Positions 40,175-53,256 of a DNA stretch of 64,000 nt are shown piece after piece. A program made the position numbers and the translations under genes. Within the stretch, counting starts at the first letter, position 1. The number at the start of each line of letters is the position of its first letter. This DNA comes from Pocillopora damicornis (lineage: Eukaryota). The DNA lies in the NCBI RefSeq assembly GCF_003704095.1, contig NW_020845874.1, forward strand, positions 248,001 to 312,000. Reading direction: 5' to 3'. The notes under the pieces were generated by a model that did not search any database, was not told where the DNA came from, and worked only from the letters and a program-made list of their open reading frames with translations.

Positions 40175-41802
40175 ACCTGGTGACTGAAAAGTGTGGATGA
40201 TTTACCGCAGGTCAAACGCAGGAACAAGTATTTTCAATGGGAATCTTAAATGCTCAAAAGCAACCGCCACGTTTGCAAAGACGTAGAAAATAAGCATTGT
40301 AAATAACATTTCTCATAATATATGTTTATATATCTCTTCCAGTATTCTAAAGCGAATCCGGGATCTGATTGGATGCAGTCCCAGCTATTTATAAGCTCAG
40401 AGAGCGGAAAAAAACTCAGGTTTTCGCTAATAAACATTTAGTAATAGTCACTACTAACCCGCTTTTGGAATACAGTACTTGAGAGAAAAATGGGAAAAAC
40501 TTAAAAAGTTTCTTTCGATTTCAGTTCTCTTCCTGATTAGAGCTAGGGAGAAAAAATTAATTCGAAAACGTTTCGGTAATATAATTCTATGTTTTGAGTC
40601 ATTGTCACCAAAGGAATTTGACGACTAACAGCATAACTCTATATATGTTTATTCCGAAATCTTACTGTTCAACGATTTTACGAATGTTAAGATATCAATG
40701 AAGCAAATTATTTTCGTAGCAACCGTTAAAGTTGAAACACATTCAATGGTAAATTCTGATTCATGAAGCACTTTAACCAAGTGCTTCCTTGGGACGTGTA
40801 GACTGTAACAAAACTCTGTTCATCTTTATCAAGATACTCTGAATGTAAAAGATGAATTATCTGTTCCGAAATGATGTATTTCTCTGAACAGATGTTAGCA
40901 AATGTATAACCTGTACAAGACGATCTCAGTAAATCCCTCATTACATTAGAATCTCGTCTATGGCTGCCAAACCCCTATAATATATTCCATTCTGCTTATC
41001 GAGAAGATTCTGCTAATCAAAAATTCAGGGGAAATTTTCCTGTCCCATAAATGAGCTTCACTCATAGACAAAATTTAATTGTTTCAACATTTTAAGTTCT
41101 TCCTTTTTCGATTGCGCCACATTGGTTAACCCATGCATTTCCTGGTCATTAAAGTTGTGATATATTTGAACCAGTCTCCATAAGTAACAAAATAAGGTTG
41201 TTTATTCTATCTCCCTTTGTCAGAAATTTGATATGTACATGTATACATAGTTCAGACATCACTTGTTGTGGCCACGATTATAACTCATTCATATCAAGCG
41301 ATTCGTAGCTTCTTCTTTAATGTTTCCCTGTAGGCAAGACAGTTCAAAATATATTAAAATATGTACTTAAATCAATGTTGTGACAACCATACATCACCAA
41401 TCTTAAACGCAGAGTTTTCTGTGTTTGATGTTAGGTTTAAAAATTGGGGAGTATTACTCGGATATCCTTCAGTTTTATCTGGGAGATTTAAGTCACGGGA
41501 CACGTTTAGTCCAATCGGGCGCGAGAAAAAATATTTCTTGTATCATGATGGATTTTATCTTAGAGGTTTATTTATAACCTTGTTAGAGGTAGTATTCTCT
41601 TGGTATGTGACGTTAGTCAATTCTATATCATTATATTTCACTCATTATTGTATTTATGGTTGTACACCGTCTGGTTTCTTTATCGTACTTAATTGATTCA
41701 CGTTACAACCTATTCATTTCCCCCCTAATCTTAAAAAAGATAAATAGAGGAAAAGGGGGGAGTTCCAAGTAGGAGAATCTAAAACCAAGTGGCAACTTTT
41801 TA

Positions 41803-44800
41803 TTACCCAGTTTTTGTCTCCTTCTCTTCCGCTGATCTTTTGTTGTGGTTAACCAAAATGTGTTGCCTTGTGAGCACCGTGCTGCTTCCGCCTGCAGAAA
41901 AGAGATAGCCACAATGTTGCGTTAGGCACTCAACAAAAGCAGAGTGCAATAAGTGTACTACGCGTAACAACCGAATAAGTACTGAAAGATTATTTGATGA
42001 TTATTTCAAAAGCGAGCGTTAATTTTGACTTGGTTATGCACATCACGGGATAACTGTTTTACTCAAACCGAATATACTGACTGTCATGTTCATGTTGCAA
42101 TCAATCGCCTAAAAAAGGACCTCCAGCTTAAATCATAGTCAAATAGCAAGTGATGGTTAAGCCAAACAGAACTCTAGAATTTCATTTTGGATCTAGTTAT
42201 CCTATAAGATCTTACACAACATCAGGTCTACCACTGCCGTCAACCAATCAGACGAAGAATGATAACCATTGGTGTGTGGTCGCCCTTAGTTCGGTTCAGT
42301 CGAGGCAGTGTATTCTCACGTATTCTCTTTGCTCTGATTGGCCAATCTGGTTAGGTTGGTTTTATTGTTACTACACCAATCAAAAAGCGCTCTCACATAC
42401 TTTGTATAAATGCAGATTTGTTTTCTTACCGTAAGGATCTCCACCAACAGAATCAAAATAAACATTGCGGTGTCTTGCAGCGTAGTTTAACCTTGCTGTC
42501 GACAGAATCATCATTATTCACACCAATGTTAATAGTGAATTTCATCAATTAGCGGAAGAGGGAGCCAGGAGTGGCATAAATACGTTTTTTATCACCTCTG
42601 AATGGTTCAGGCCAACATCTAGTTAACTTAAAAGCAGTAACTGCACAAATCCCTTACCAATGCCATCTCTCTTCACGGCTTCTGGGACGTTTGAAGGACT
42701 GGATTGAACCGCTGGATAATATTGACTGGTGGCTCCGGCTATAAAAAAAAGAAGGACTATAAGATAAGGACTAATGTTCATTCTCAAGGCTTTGATCGTT
42801 AGTTGGCTTTTTCTAAAACGTTAAACACAACTCACATGAATCTAACTGTATTTGTATCACCATGACAACTCAATCGAAAGTGAGATTTATTGCTTAATAC
42901 TCCCCTTGAATTATTGAATTACTTAAGTACTCACGTGCTGGTGATAATTCTCCTAGTGAAACAGATCTCCTCTTTTTGTGATTAACGGCAATATGTGAAC
43001 GAGACAGAACAGGGCTACTGTGACCTGTTTGTAAAAGGGGTAAGAAATACGAGTGATATTTAACTCTAGACGATAATTATGCTTATGATATATTGTGGTA
43101 CCCTTCAAATGATGTTTTTCGATGATGCAACTTATTTTTTGACTTGAAGTGGCCCCTCGGGAAATGATAACACGTCTGACTGACACTATTCGTTATTCTG
43201 ATGAAGAATGAATAGACGACCCCACGAAGAATCCACTTAAGCATATATCATGGCACACAAATGGCAACCTCTAGTCCTTCTCTGAAATTGGCAGTGATCT
43301 AAAATCAATTTTAGAGGGCAGTACCTATAGGGTAAGGTTAACAATGCCTTTATCACCTATTTTTAGATTCTTGCAACATTTGTTTGGAAAGTTTTTAGGG
43401 CTAAAATGTACGCCTTTTACCACCAAATGAAGACTGTAGTTAAGTTCGTATTGTACCTACCATATGGATCTCCTCCAACAGTGTCGAAATACACATTGCG
43501 ATGTCTGGCGGCTTGATTTAGTTGTTCTGCAGCATTAAATAAACGCAAAATGTATCAGAGGAACTAAAAAAAGTTCGATACCGCCTCTATAGTTATGAAA
43601 AGCTTTTGCCCTTCATATCATATTAATAATTTACGCCTATACATTAAGAAGGCCCCGTCTTGCGAATTCTTACATTAAGACTCGTCCTGAACCTGAGATG
43701 GGTTTCTGAAAACGTTTCTCGCCTATTTGTGATTTTTCTTTCGCTGCAAAAATCAAGTGACAAAGATCAGACAGCAATATAAGCGAAAAAGGCCTACAAT
43801 CATACCAATAGTGTATCTTTTGTCATCAGCTGGGTGTCTTCCTCCGGTTATTTGCTCTTCAAAGAAAGCGGAAGGGAGCTGACTACCATCAACAGCTTGA
43901 GCTAAAAGGGTAAATAAATAGAATTCAAATTTCTAAAAAAAAATTAGTACTATGTCGATTAGTTCTCTGATCTGAAGAGTGTGCCAAGCGATTTAAGGAA
44001 CTATGCCCAATGACGAAATTGAGAGCGAAGATTTTCCCGTCTCTTAATTTCATCTCCCCAGTTTTAATCATATACGCTTAAAATCATTTACATGTATAAA
44101 ACCGATTCACCTGATTCGGGTTGAGTGAGTGATCTCTTTTTCTTGTGATTGACAGCAATATGTGAGCGAGACAGAACTGGACTACTGTGACCTGTTTCAT
44201 GGGTGCAAAAAAAATGCAGTATTGATGATAAAGCAACTTTATTTCATTTCGTTTAGTAGTTTTGAAGAAATAATATACCTGAGAAACTTTCTCACCGTTT
44301 TTAGCTCAATACTCATAGTTGGTTCAATTTAGCAGTTTAAATTGAAAGTGATTCACTCACCATACGGGTCTCCACCAACGGTATCGTAGTAAACATTACG
44401 ATGTCTCGCCGCTAGGTTAAGTTGTTCTGAGGAAAAGTTTAAGTCAAAAGATATCATATCGTAAAGATAAGAGATGTAATAGTAAAGAGTTATTGTATGG
44501 CAATATCAAAGATTTTTAGGTACCAATTGTGTATCTCTTGTCGTCATTTGGATGCCTTCCTCCAGTGATTTGCTCCTCAAAGAAGGCTGAAGGGAGTGGA
44601 TTTCCAATGGTCTGACCTTCAAAAAGAATAAACGTGTTTCAGGGTATTTGGATGTTGCAATTGTCGTGATTTACGTGATTCGAACTTACTTGCTATCAAG
44701 CTTGACCCATTTTCGTTTAATTTCTTGGTCAGACGAGCATGAATTGTTCAAACGTCTACATGCAGCTTCTACTCTCATGGAACGTACGACGAATTTCCTC

Positions 44801-45234
44801 ATGTTTAAGGCACAATGATATACAAAATACCTACCGATATTTGCAGGGTCCGCTATTCCACTTTTCTTAAATTCATTCATTCCATTTTGACCGGCGTAGG
44901 GTATTTCCAAACCTGAATAAAATGATTTTTTATGAGCACGTAGTTTTTCAAAAAGGAGCTCGGTAATCGGAATAACAGAATCATGCAATTGAAATGATAC
45001 CATCTTCTGCTGTGTATCAACATCAGTCTAATAAAGATCTAAGAAATTTTGAAGTTAACCTTTACTGAATTGAATTTATAAAAGAATTAAAATGAAATAA
45101 ATCTCAATTCTCGAGATTTTGGATTTTCATCTTCGTCCAGTGACTGCATTTTGTCTGGCATTTCTTCCCTTCGTACCTTTGCAAAAGGCAACAGCTCCAC
45201 ACAATATGCTGATAATGGGTATAAAACTCCCCAT
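41803..45234 (-). CDS. Secreted multi-copy peptide precursor (261 aa). Exons 45234-45177, 44616-44524, 44426-44361, 44191-44111, 43901-43806, 43526-43461, 43024-42935, 42738-42658, 42495-42430, 41891-41803
   Basis: Signal peptide MGSFIPIISILCGAVAFCKG. Nine phase-1 GT/AG introns, with a three-exon unit repeated three times. Differences between repeats are mostly at third codon positions (TCA/TCC, GCC/GCT, GAG/GAA, ATC/ATA, CAT/CAC), which fixes the frame. KR and KKKR/KKRR/KR sites flank each repeat. Confidence 0.88.
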
Positions 45235-46522
45235 TTTGGCCTACCTGTTAGTATTGGAAATGAAAATGAAGTTAATCTTTGAGGTCAAAAGCTATTTCTT
45301 TGGTTGCCCCCCCCCACCCTCTTTTCGCTCACCCTTAACTTAGTCTTCTATCTTTATTTCTGTTTTTTTTCATTGCCACTAATTTGCCCCATGAAATCAT
45401 CTGTCCTTGACAGATACCAATCTTTAAAAAACAATATGACAAACGTACGATTATTATTATATGAAGTATGTTAATTTTGATTTGAAAATCGTATCTCCAA
45501 CTTTAGTAACCAGATAAGGCCCTTAATAGTTTCCCCGAGTTGCGTAACCGTCCAGTGTGTGAATCTGCTTCTTAGTAATCAGTCCTGTCGGTAAGTTAAT
45601 GGCTAAAAAATCTAGCAAACACTTCCATAAATTATTTAACATCCTTGGTAATTTAACACACAGCACTTAAGTTAGAAGAAATTGCCTGTAACCATACACC
45701 GATGTCTGCTTTCCTTTATGAATTTATTATCGTTTCAGCGACGTTTTTCCGAGTTTCAGACGGATCTATTAGTCCCCCATTTACTTATATGTTGTGTTAC
45801 GATGGTTTTCTTTGCATAAACACAACAGTACCAGACATACGGGTAATTTGCTTATCAAGTAGTCACTGGTAAGAACTGAGGTCTGCAAACATACAGGAAT
45901 AGACCCATTCAGGAGCTTTAAATATGGATCCATAATTTCGATCTTCTCCAGGCTGTTTCGCATATACTTATTTCCATAATGAGCTTTGAAATTAGGATCT
46001 CATCGGCGAAAAATAGGGGTCTTTCTATCCATCATGAACAATTCTTACTACGGAGAGTATATCTCACCAAGCAAAACTAGAACAACCCTGTTGCTGTAGT
46101 TCAATTTGACCATTCACCAAATACAATTCATTTCGAGATTGTACTTAAGAATACAGATATCAAGTCTTGATCAGCATAACCTCTTCAAACAGACCAGCTC
46201 CTCAAATTGTTTTACCCTGTACTAAGCAAATAACTGGCGGAGAACATATCGCTGTTTATAGACTTAGTCTCCGGGATGCCGTTATTTTTATTTCCTCCCG
46301 TACCTCTACGATTTGTGATTAAAAAACAAAATATCCCATGGAGGCAAGAGATTAGGTCTGAATGAATAAAAGTAAAATAGTAAAACACCATGTGTAATTA
46401 ACGGCCATAACAGCATTTATAAAATTCGGACAGTCCAATATTTACAAGAATCTAGTTACCGATTCAATTTAGATTCCTTCTCAATGACAAACAAAAATTT
46501 GAATTCTTCTGCTAATCACTTA

Positions 46523-46891
46523 CCAAGTGTTGTCCGTTTCAAAATTGTAATCAGCGAATTCCAACTAATTTTATGTTAGGATTTCACACGAGAAGAAACT
46601 CGTCCAAAGATCTGTTGATGCTCCAAGGCGGACCGTGTCGATGTTGGTTTCATCATGGTGGCTTACCACAAGCAAGCTTTCTTATTGGTTGTGCCTTAAA
46701 CTCCTGTCAAACAGGTACCACCTATGATGGGTCAATAATATCAATATCCTTGTTTGAAAATGACGTGTTTGTAAATCTTTCGTACACTGATTTTCTCTCC
46801 TCAATCCCTCTCGTTCTCTCTAAGGGGTAAATAATTTCTTGAAATCTAAACTTTGTAACTTTCGCTCGCAGCTACTTTCCAATTTTATAAA
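46523..46891 (-). promoter_or_regulatory. Putative TATA box and non-coding first exon of the peptide-precursor gene
   Basis: Minus-strand TATAAAA at ~46883-46889 and donor TTG|GTAAGT at 46523/46522, upstream of the acceptor before the ATG at 45234. Confidence 0.35.
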
Positions 46892-48608
46892 CTGTTGTTT
46901 CCTATCGTTTGTACAGTTAATACAGATAATTTTCGGTCGACTGTTCAGTTGTGTTTCGAGCAGTAAGACACTTCGTTAGGTTGCCTCTCTCTTGACGCTA
47001 TACCACTAGTGAAAAAAAAAGTATTAATAACGTTTCAAAACTTAATAAGGTTCACACTTTCAAAAAATTACGAAGTTGACCATAGTACTACGTTTAATGT
47101 GGTTTGACCTTAGGGCAATAGTTTTGACGTCCTTCTTCTGATGGCGTTTCGATTTTCTCGGAAAAAAAGATTGTAGGAGCTATGAAACGTTTTTTGCATT
47201 TTCAAAACAGTAAAATACATTTGTTTTCCTCTTTTAAGGGGTTGGTGCATCCCCATCAGGTTCCTTTTTGTTTTGTGTTTTTCTTTATTCGTTGTAGTTT
47301 CCTCACATGGACGATAATTTTGAACGACGGTACATGATCCTCTAAGTTAGATAAATGTTGCAAACTGAATCCTAAAGTAATGCAGACTGAGATCATTAAA
47401 TTATGCCTCCTGTAAATGGATCATTATTTTCCTGGAGTACGTGAAACAATCCTATCCGCTTTAGAATGAAGCTGGGTCAGAACCCGCAAAAGTAAGCATG
47501 AAATACGATTTTTTTGTCCTTAACCCACTAAACAAAAATGCACTTGGGGAGCATGCATGCAACTTTTCTGTTTTGGTTTTGCTTTGTTTTTGTGCTTGTT
47601 TTGTGTTTTACATTTATTTTTATTTGCATCATTCTTATAAAAAATCTAGAACTAGTTTGGGTTTACGCACATTGTAATATCCGGTCTTGAAACAATGAGA
47701 GCGTAAAAAGTACGCTTGGATCAATGATACTTGATAAAGCGGTTAAGTAATTAAGTTCCTATATATTTACACTACTTGTGTCTTTATTGAATTTTTTCCA
47801 AAAGTAAAAAGAACTTAAGTAAAACAGTTTCTGTCCTAAGTCAAAGAAATATTTCCTGAGAAAGAGGTACGTCAATCCTTGTAAAAGATGGAATTTTCTT
47901 CCAAATGAAATATAGAGATCTTATAAAACAATGTTTCATCCTGGTATCTAATGCACAGGCTTTTAAGAAATATGCATATGACCAAAGGACCAACAACCTA
48001 AACTTATTCGCACAAACCAAACCAAGCGAAAATATTCAAAATAAACCAATCTTTATTTCAAGTCGTACTTTATGTAAAGAACTAAACACCCGTTTATTAG
48101 TGTCTTTTGTTTTTGCCCTTTGGGATTTTTGTAGGTTAGTTCGTCGTGCGTGCGGAATATATTTTAGCGTGTTAGTCGAGCAATTTATTGCAATATATTC
48201 GTTAGTGTCTAAAGGACGTGTAAGCCTTTTCGGGTCAGTTTTTTTTGTTCGCTTGCCATTTCCAAGCGATCATTTTTCGCCCTACGGCAGCCAGATTTCA
48301 CGTTACAGTTTGTCGCCGCTCCAGTGCAGTCTTTTCCCAGCTCCCAACAAATGGAAGTGTCGCTTTGGTCCAACTTTCCGTTGCATTTTAGTTCACTTTG
48401 CAACGTTCTTTTCTTTGTTTGCATTTTAGTTTTAACCGCTTTGAACAACCGCAACTACAACATCGTTTCTTAAATAAAGCGCGTTAATACAATGCTGGAG
48501 TGTTTGGAGTGTTTAGTCCACTGTTGGAAGTTATAATTTATCTCAGGTTGCAATGTGTCTAAAATTCAAGCTTGACGAGAGCGTTAAAAGAGCAGCGGTA
48601 TTGTTAAA

Positions 48609-48820
48609 TTAACCCTTTAATTCCCATGGGTGACCAAGCAAAATTTTGTCCTTACAATATAAATAGAATATCAAGTAGACAAACAATGTGAATAAAGGAA
48701 TATATCAATCAAGGGATTGTTAGCTGATCCAATACCAAATTCTTCATATTAACAACATGAGAACTGTATTGCAGACCGTAAGGAGAATTGCTAACGAGAT
48801 CTTTGGAGTAAAAGGGTTAA
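48609..48820. mobile_element. TTAACCCTTTA...TAAAGGGTTAA MITE (same superfamily as 15033-15245)
   Basis: Terminal inverted TTAACCCTTT/AAAGGGTTAA, ~210 bp, internal CCTTACAATAT and GAATAAAGGAA motifs shared with the other copies. Confidence 0.75.
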
Positions 48821-49705
48821 GGAAACCTCTGGCCTCATTACAAGGTCGTGTCTTCATTTTATTTAAGACTATCTGGCAAATCAAAGTTAAAAAAATTGCC
48901 AAGATTCTCTCCGTGACCAAAATTTCAGCTAGTCGTTTATTTGTTCTGCAACGGCTTTATTATAAAAAAACAACCCAGTTTCCACCTTCCCCATACCTGC
49001 CCTTACAGTTTCTTGAAACCATTGCATTGAATAGTTACTACGAAGTATTTAACTTGTCAACCTTAAAGTGTTTTCCAACTAGCTGGCAATAAAAGAATAT
49101 AATCAAAGTATTCGTGTAGATCGAATAGATTAAGTTGAACGTCTTTCTTTAACACTGTAAAAAGAACCACCGTCTTCTTGACCATTGTTTTGACACTAAA
49201 TAAACAGCCGTTCATATTTACATCATAACTGCGGTACAAACTCAAGAAATACATCTAATTTCTTAGTAGAGATAAGTTAAACAACACTTTTTAACCAGGA
49301 ATAAAAGCAAGTTTAAGTAAACGTTCAATGTTAAGTGGCAAAAAGTTATCATGAAAACGATCATGTGTTTGTTTCTACATGTAGCATGTAGGCTACCCCT
49401 CTGCGAAAGAGAAGTCAATTGACAGGAGCCACTCCTCAGCATTTTCACAGTTGAGAAAACGAGGCAAAACAAATAGAATCAATAATGCTACCTATTGAAG
49501 CATTGATCTAGCTATTATTCGAAGAACAAGGACTGATTGGATATGTTGAAGCACATGCCAGGAACTCAGAGACTCCACTCCAAATCAATCATCTCACAGA
49601 CATAGTCACCAAGGACGATATTGTGTATCTGGCAATCCCACTTTCGTCCACAAACGCTTCTGCCAACGATGAGTTCCAAAACACAATCGAATGTGGGATT
49701 CATTC

Positions 49706-52700
49706 TTAGCCCTTTTTCACTGGCTTCAATTTTGTCATTATATCGTCAAGCGTTTCACCTGCATAACATTAAAAGAAAAGAACACTGTTTTAAACAAAGT
49801 GAAATGCGTATTTCTTTTATAATATTCTTATTTCTTCGATCTTCTTTCATTTATATGAAAATTAAATTTATTTCTGCTAATTTTGTTACTTATATCAATA
49901 TCTCTTTGGATTAAACTGTTTTTACTTATCCTTTATCTTTCAAAAAATTCTGGAATTGATGTTATCCTCTGCATTAATGATTATTTACCAGAATTCCCCT
50001 CCAGTGTTGTGCCTTATGAATCTCAAAAACAAGCACAAACCATCTTAACTATTATTTGAAAAGTTAAAATTACATTTTTAGTGCAAGAAGTGGATTACAG
50101 GACAATGAGGAACTTTGTTAAAAGGTTCTCTATCTCTGAGTTAATTTTGTTACTTGACGCCCGGCTTGTGTTCCTTTTGTTACCTGCCATTAATTAAAAA
50201 TAGGTGAAATTATTGGGATGGTGGAGACTTTACTCTTTTTCTTACTGAATTAAAGCTGATTGAACTAAGCCCTTTTAAGGAAACTTTTAACTAGTCGAAT
50301 CTTCGAAATTGAGGAACAAGCGAGTGAGTGGAGTTTTAGTCGATTCTGTTTGACACAAGGAGCTATAATTGTGCGTGGGTTTAATTATATAATAGGAAGC
50401 ATGGCTTAAATGGAATTATTAATTTAACACGAAACATCTAAATCGTAAAGATAATGCCTGAAAGGATGACTTTCCCGTCTCCTTGGATTCCTTTCTAAAT
50501 CATTTCACATTTGTCTCCTCAAATAATAATTCGTTTTTACTGTTTTGATTTTTCTCGTTGTTGTTGTTGTTTAGATAATTTCTAGCTGCAGATAATAAAA
50601 AAAACTATTTTACAAGGGCATGCCGAATATTGAATGATAAATAACCAACGCGGTGTAAAGCGCCGATTTGGCTATAACATCCTCATATTTGGCAAACCTT
50701 GGTTGAATAATTGTTTTTGTGCACAAGAAATTATTGTACCAACTAGCTTATATTTGGTTTGACAACGACCAGGAGACAAAAGTAAAACAACAAACTTTCG
50801 CTTGCAGCAAATGTTAATCGCAATATTTTTTTCGCCATCGCGTCACAGCTCGCTTTCACAGATTTTTCCTCAATTCGCTGACGAATTTATTAACCGTACT
50901 AGTCAGAGTTAGGTTATGAGCTTGGAGCCAAGTTACAAGCTCATAACATGGCACCATTCTGCCAATCAGATGGCTAGAAATTCAATAACCGTGCTTCAGT
51001 TTTACTTAACATTGATAACCATAGATAACCAAGTTTAGTACCTTTGGGTAATCCTGATTTTTTCATGTTTTTGTCTGAAAATGGAAAAATATTAAAATCA
51101 GTCTATTGTTATCAATGATCCAAGTTTTTAAAATTTATCGTTCTTTCGTTCCTAATTTTTATCCAGCAACCTCTTAACTTAGTAAGCTATCTCTTGAGAC
51201 TACGGCAACACTGGGTACTCCTGTATAAAGTGGTTAAGGCATTATATGATGTTAAAAGCCTTTTCCTTACCTTTCGTTACATAACTAGTATTTTTCAGGT
51301 TGCTTGTTTCTGAAGGAGTAAAGAAGGAAAAAAGAATATTGCTCAAGAGGACATTAGGACATTAATGTAGTACATTAGGGTATTGTTGTCGATGAAAAAA
51401 TCCAGATAAACTTAGACAAACATCTTACCTTTGCTTGTTTAATGATAATTTTTTTAACTTACCACTGCTTTTTTGTTTAATATCTCTTCTAACTTTCTTT
51501 AATCCTGGAATTCTTAAACTTCTATAGACTGAAAGCAGAATATGCGTTACTAACAAAATTATCTCTGGTATTGCAATACTACAACTATATAAATTTGATT
51601 GAGCTGAAATAAATGCTTATGGAAAAAGAACAAAAAAGGGACAACCCAAACCGTAAGCTGAAGGTGCATTTATTTGCCGGCTTCAAAAGCTGTCATTCCA
51701 CGCGAGAGTAAATTTGTTCTTCAGTTCTAATACTACTATATCTCGTTGGAGACAACATCTTGGGCAAGAATTCGCGTAACCCAATACTTTGTTATGGTTA
51801 CAGTTCTTAAATACGAGAAACAATGGATTGCATGGGAGAAAAAGGCTTTGTTTAAGAATAGTATGGGGCTAAACGGAAATCTTCTCATATATTTTTTAAA
51901 AAAAGGTTGTTTCAGACGTCACGGCAGGGAGCTATACCCTTCAAGATGATATTCGTCCGCTGTTAGAATGTGCATTTGCTGCATAATTTTAAAAGAGATT
52001 TAACCATGGTTGATTGTTTACTGCATTATTCAGCTAGTGCTGAACCTGACCAAAGAAACTTATCTTTTCTACCATATGGACAAAGTCGGAAGGGTTCAAG
52101 CTACTTACACATTTCCTGCGTTTTTCTCGGTCTTTTGAAAAAAGGTGCACTATTTTCCATAATTCGGTGCCTATCAACTGTTTGAGGACGAAGGTATTGT
52201 CCACTCATTCCGTGATATTGAAGACCCTCTACAAGCAGGAGAAAAAAGGTTTTATATTACAAGACGGCAACTCAATCAACTGATACTCATCCCACGATGA
52301 TTTAAAATGTTACCAACTTACCATCATCATTTTGAAGAAGACTTTGCCTTGCTATTGTCCTCGTTTCTAAATCTGGAGACAATTCCTGGTTTCCTTGTGT
52401 TGGAAAAATGATCAAATACGGCGTTTGATAAGTCACATATATAAAAAAAATATATTTATCAAGCTGATAAGTGAATTCAAGGACACTAACTACACTAATC
52501 AAGAATTTATTTTAAAAATATTGTTTACGATGCACCACAAGCGCCGTCACCACCTACAAAAGGCCTTGATAAAGGTTAAATTACTTTAAATCATCAGCTG
52601 TCATCTCCTTTTTACGGAGAAAAAGCCTTCTTACTATGTTTCTAATTGAACGCTGAATTCTATAAGGTTTCAAATCTTAATTTAATCAGGCAAATGTTAC

Positions 52701-53220
52701 CAGTAGATTTATAAACTAATGAGTGAACACTCTTATACTGTACCTAGTGGTTCTTGAATTCCCCAGGTACTTGATCTAAAGGGCCCATTGATTCTGTCGG
52801 AAAAATATCTTTTTCCCTCAGCACCAGTTGCTTTATTACAAAGAAATAAGAGTGTACCGATTAGATTTAACAACTCCAAGGTCTATTACGACGGAAAACA
52901 AAACAATGCCTGTCGTTACCTTCAGTATTGACAACCGTGCTCTTTTTATGCGAACCTGAAACTGATTAAGTAAAAACGCACATAATTTAATAAATCCGTC
53001 TACCTACCGCTCTTTACTTCCATATCCAGCTTCTAAATATAAGTAATGTTTTTCACTGTTCTATCAAATTCAAATACTACTACCACCGCTGCTACTACTA
53101 CTAACTACTACCACCACCACCACCACCACCACCACCANNNNNNNNNNNNNNNNNNNNNNNNNNNNNNNNNNNNNNNNNNNNNNNNNNNNNNNNNNNNNNN
53201 NNNNNNNNNNNNNNNNNNNN

Positions 53221-53256
<36 letters not shown>

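Noticed and set aside
44524-44611. Alternative frame PLEIHSLQPSLRSKSLEEGIQMTTRDTQL joined to the intronic ORF
   Set aside because: The paralogous exon 43806-43901 differs at third positions only in the LPSAFFEEQ frame, and this alternative ends in phase 0, breaking the chain.
47905-48429. 174-aa Phe-rich ORF
   Set aside because: Composition follows T-rich non-coding or repeat DNA, with no domain or splice context.
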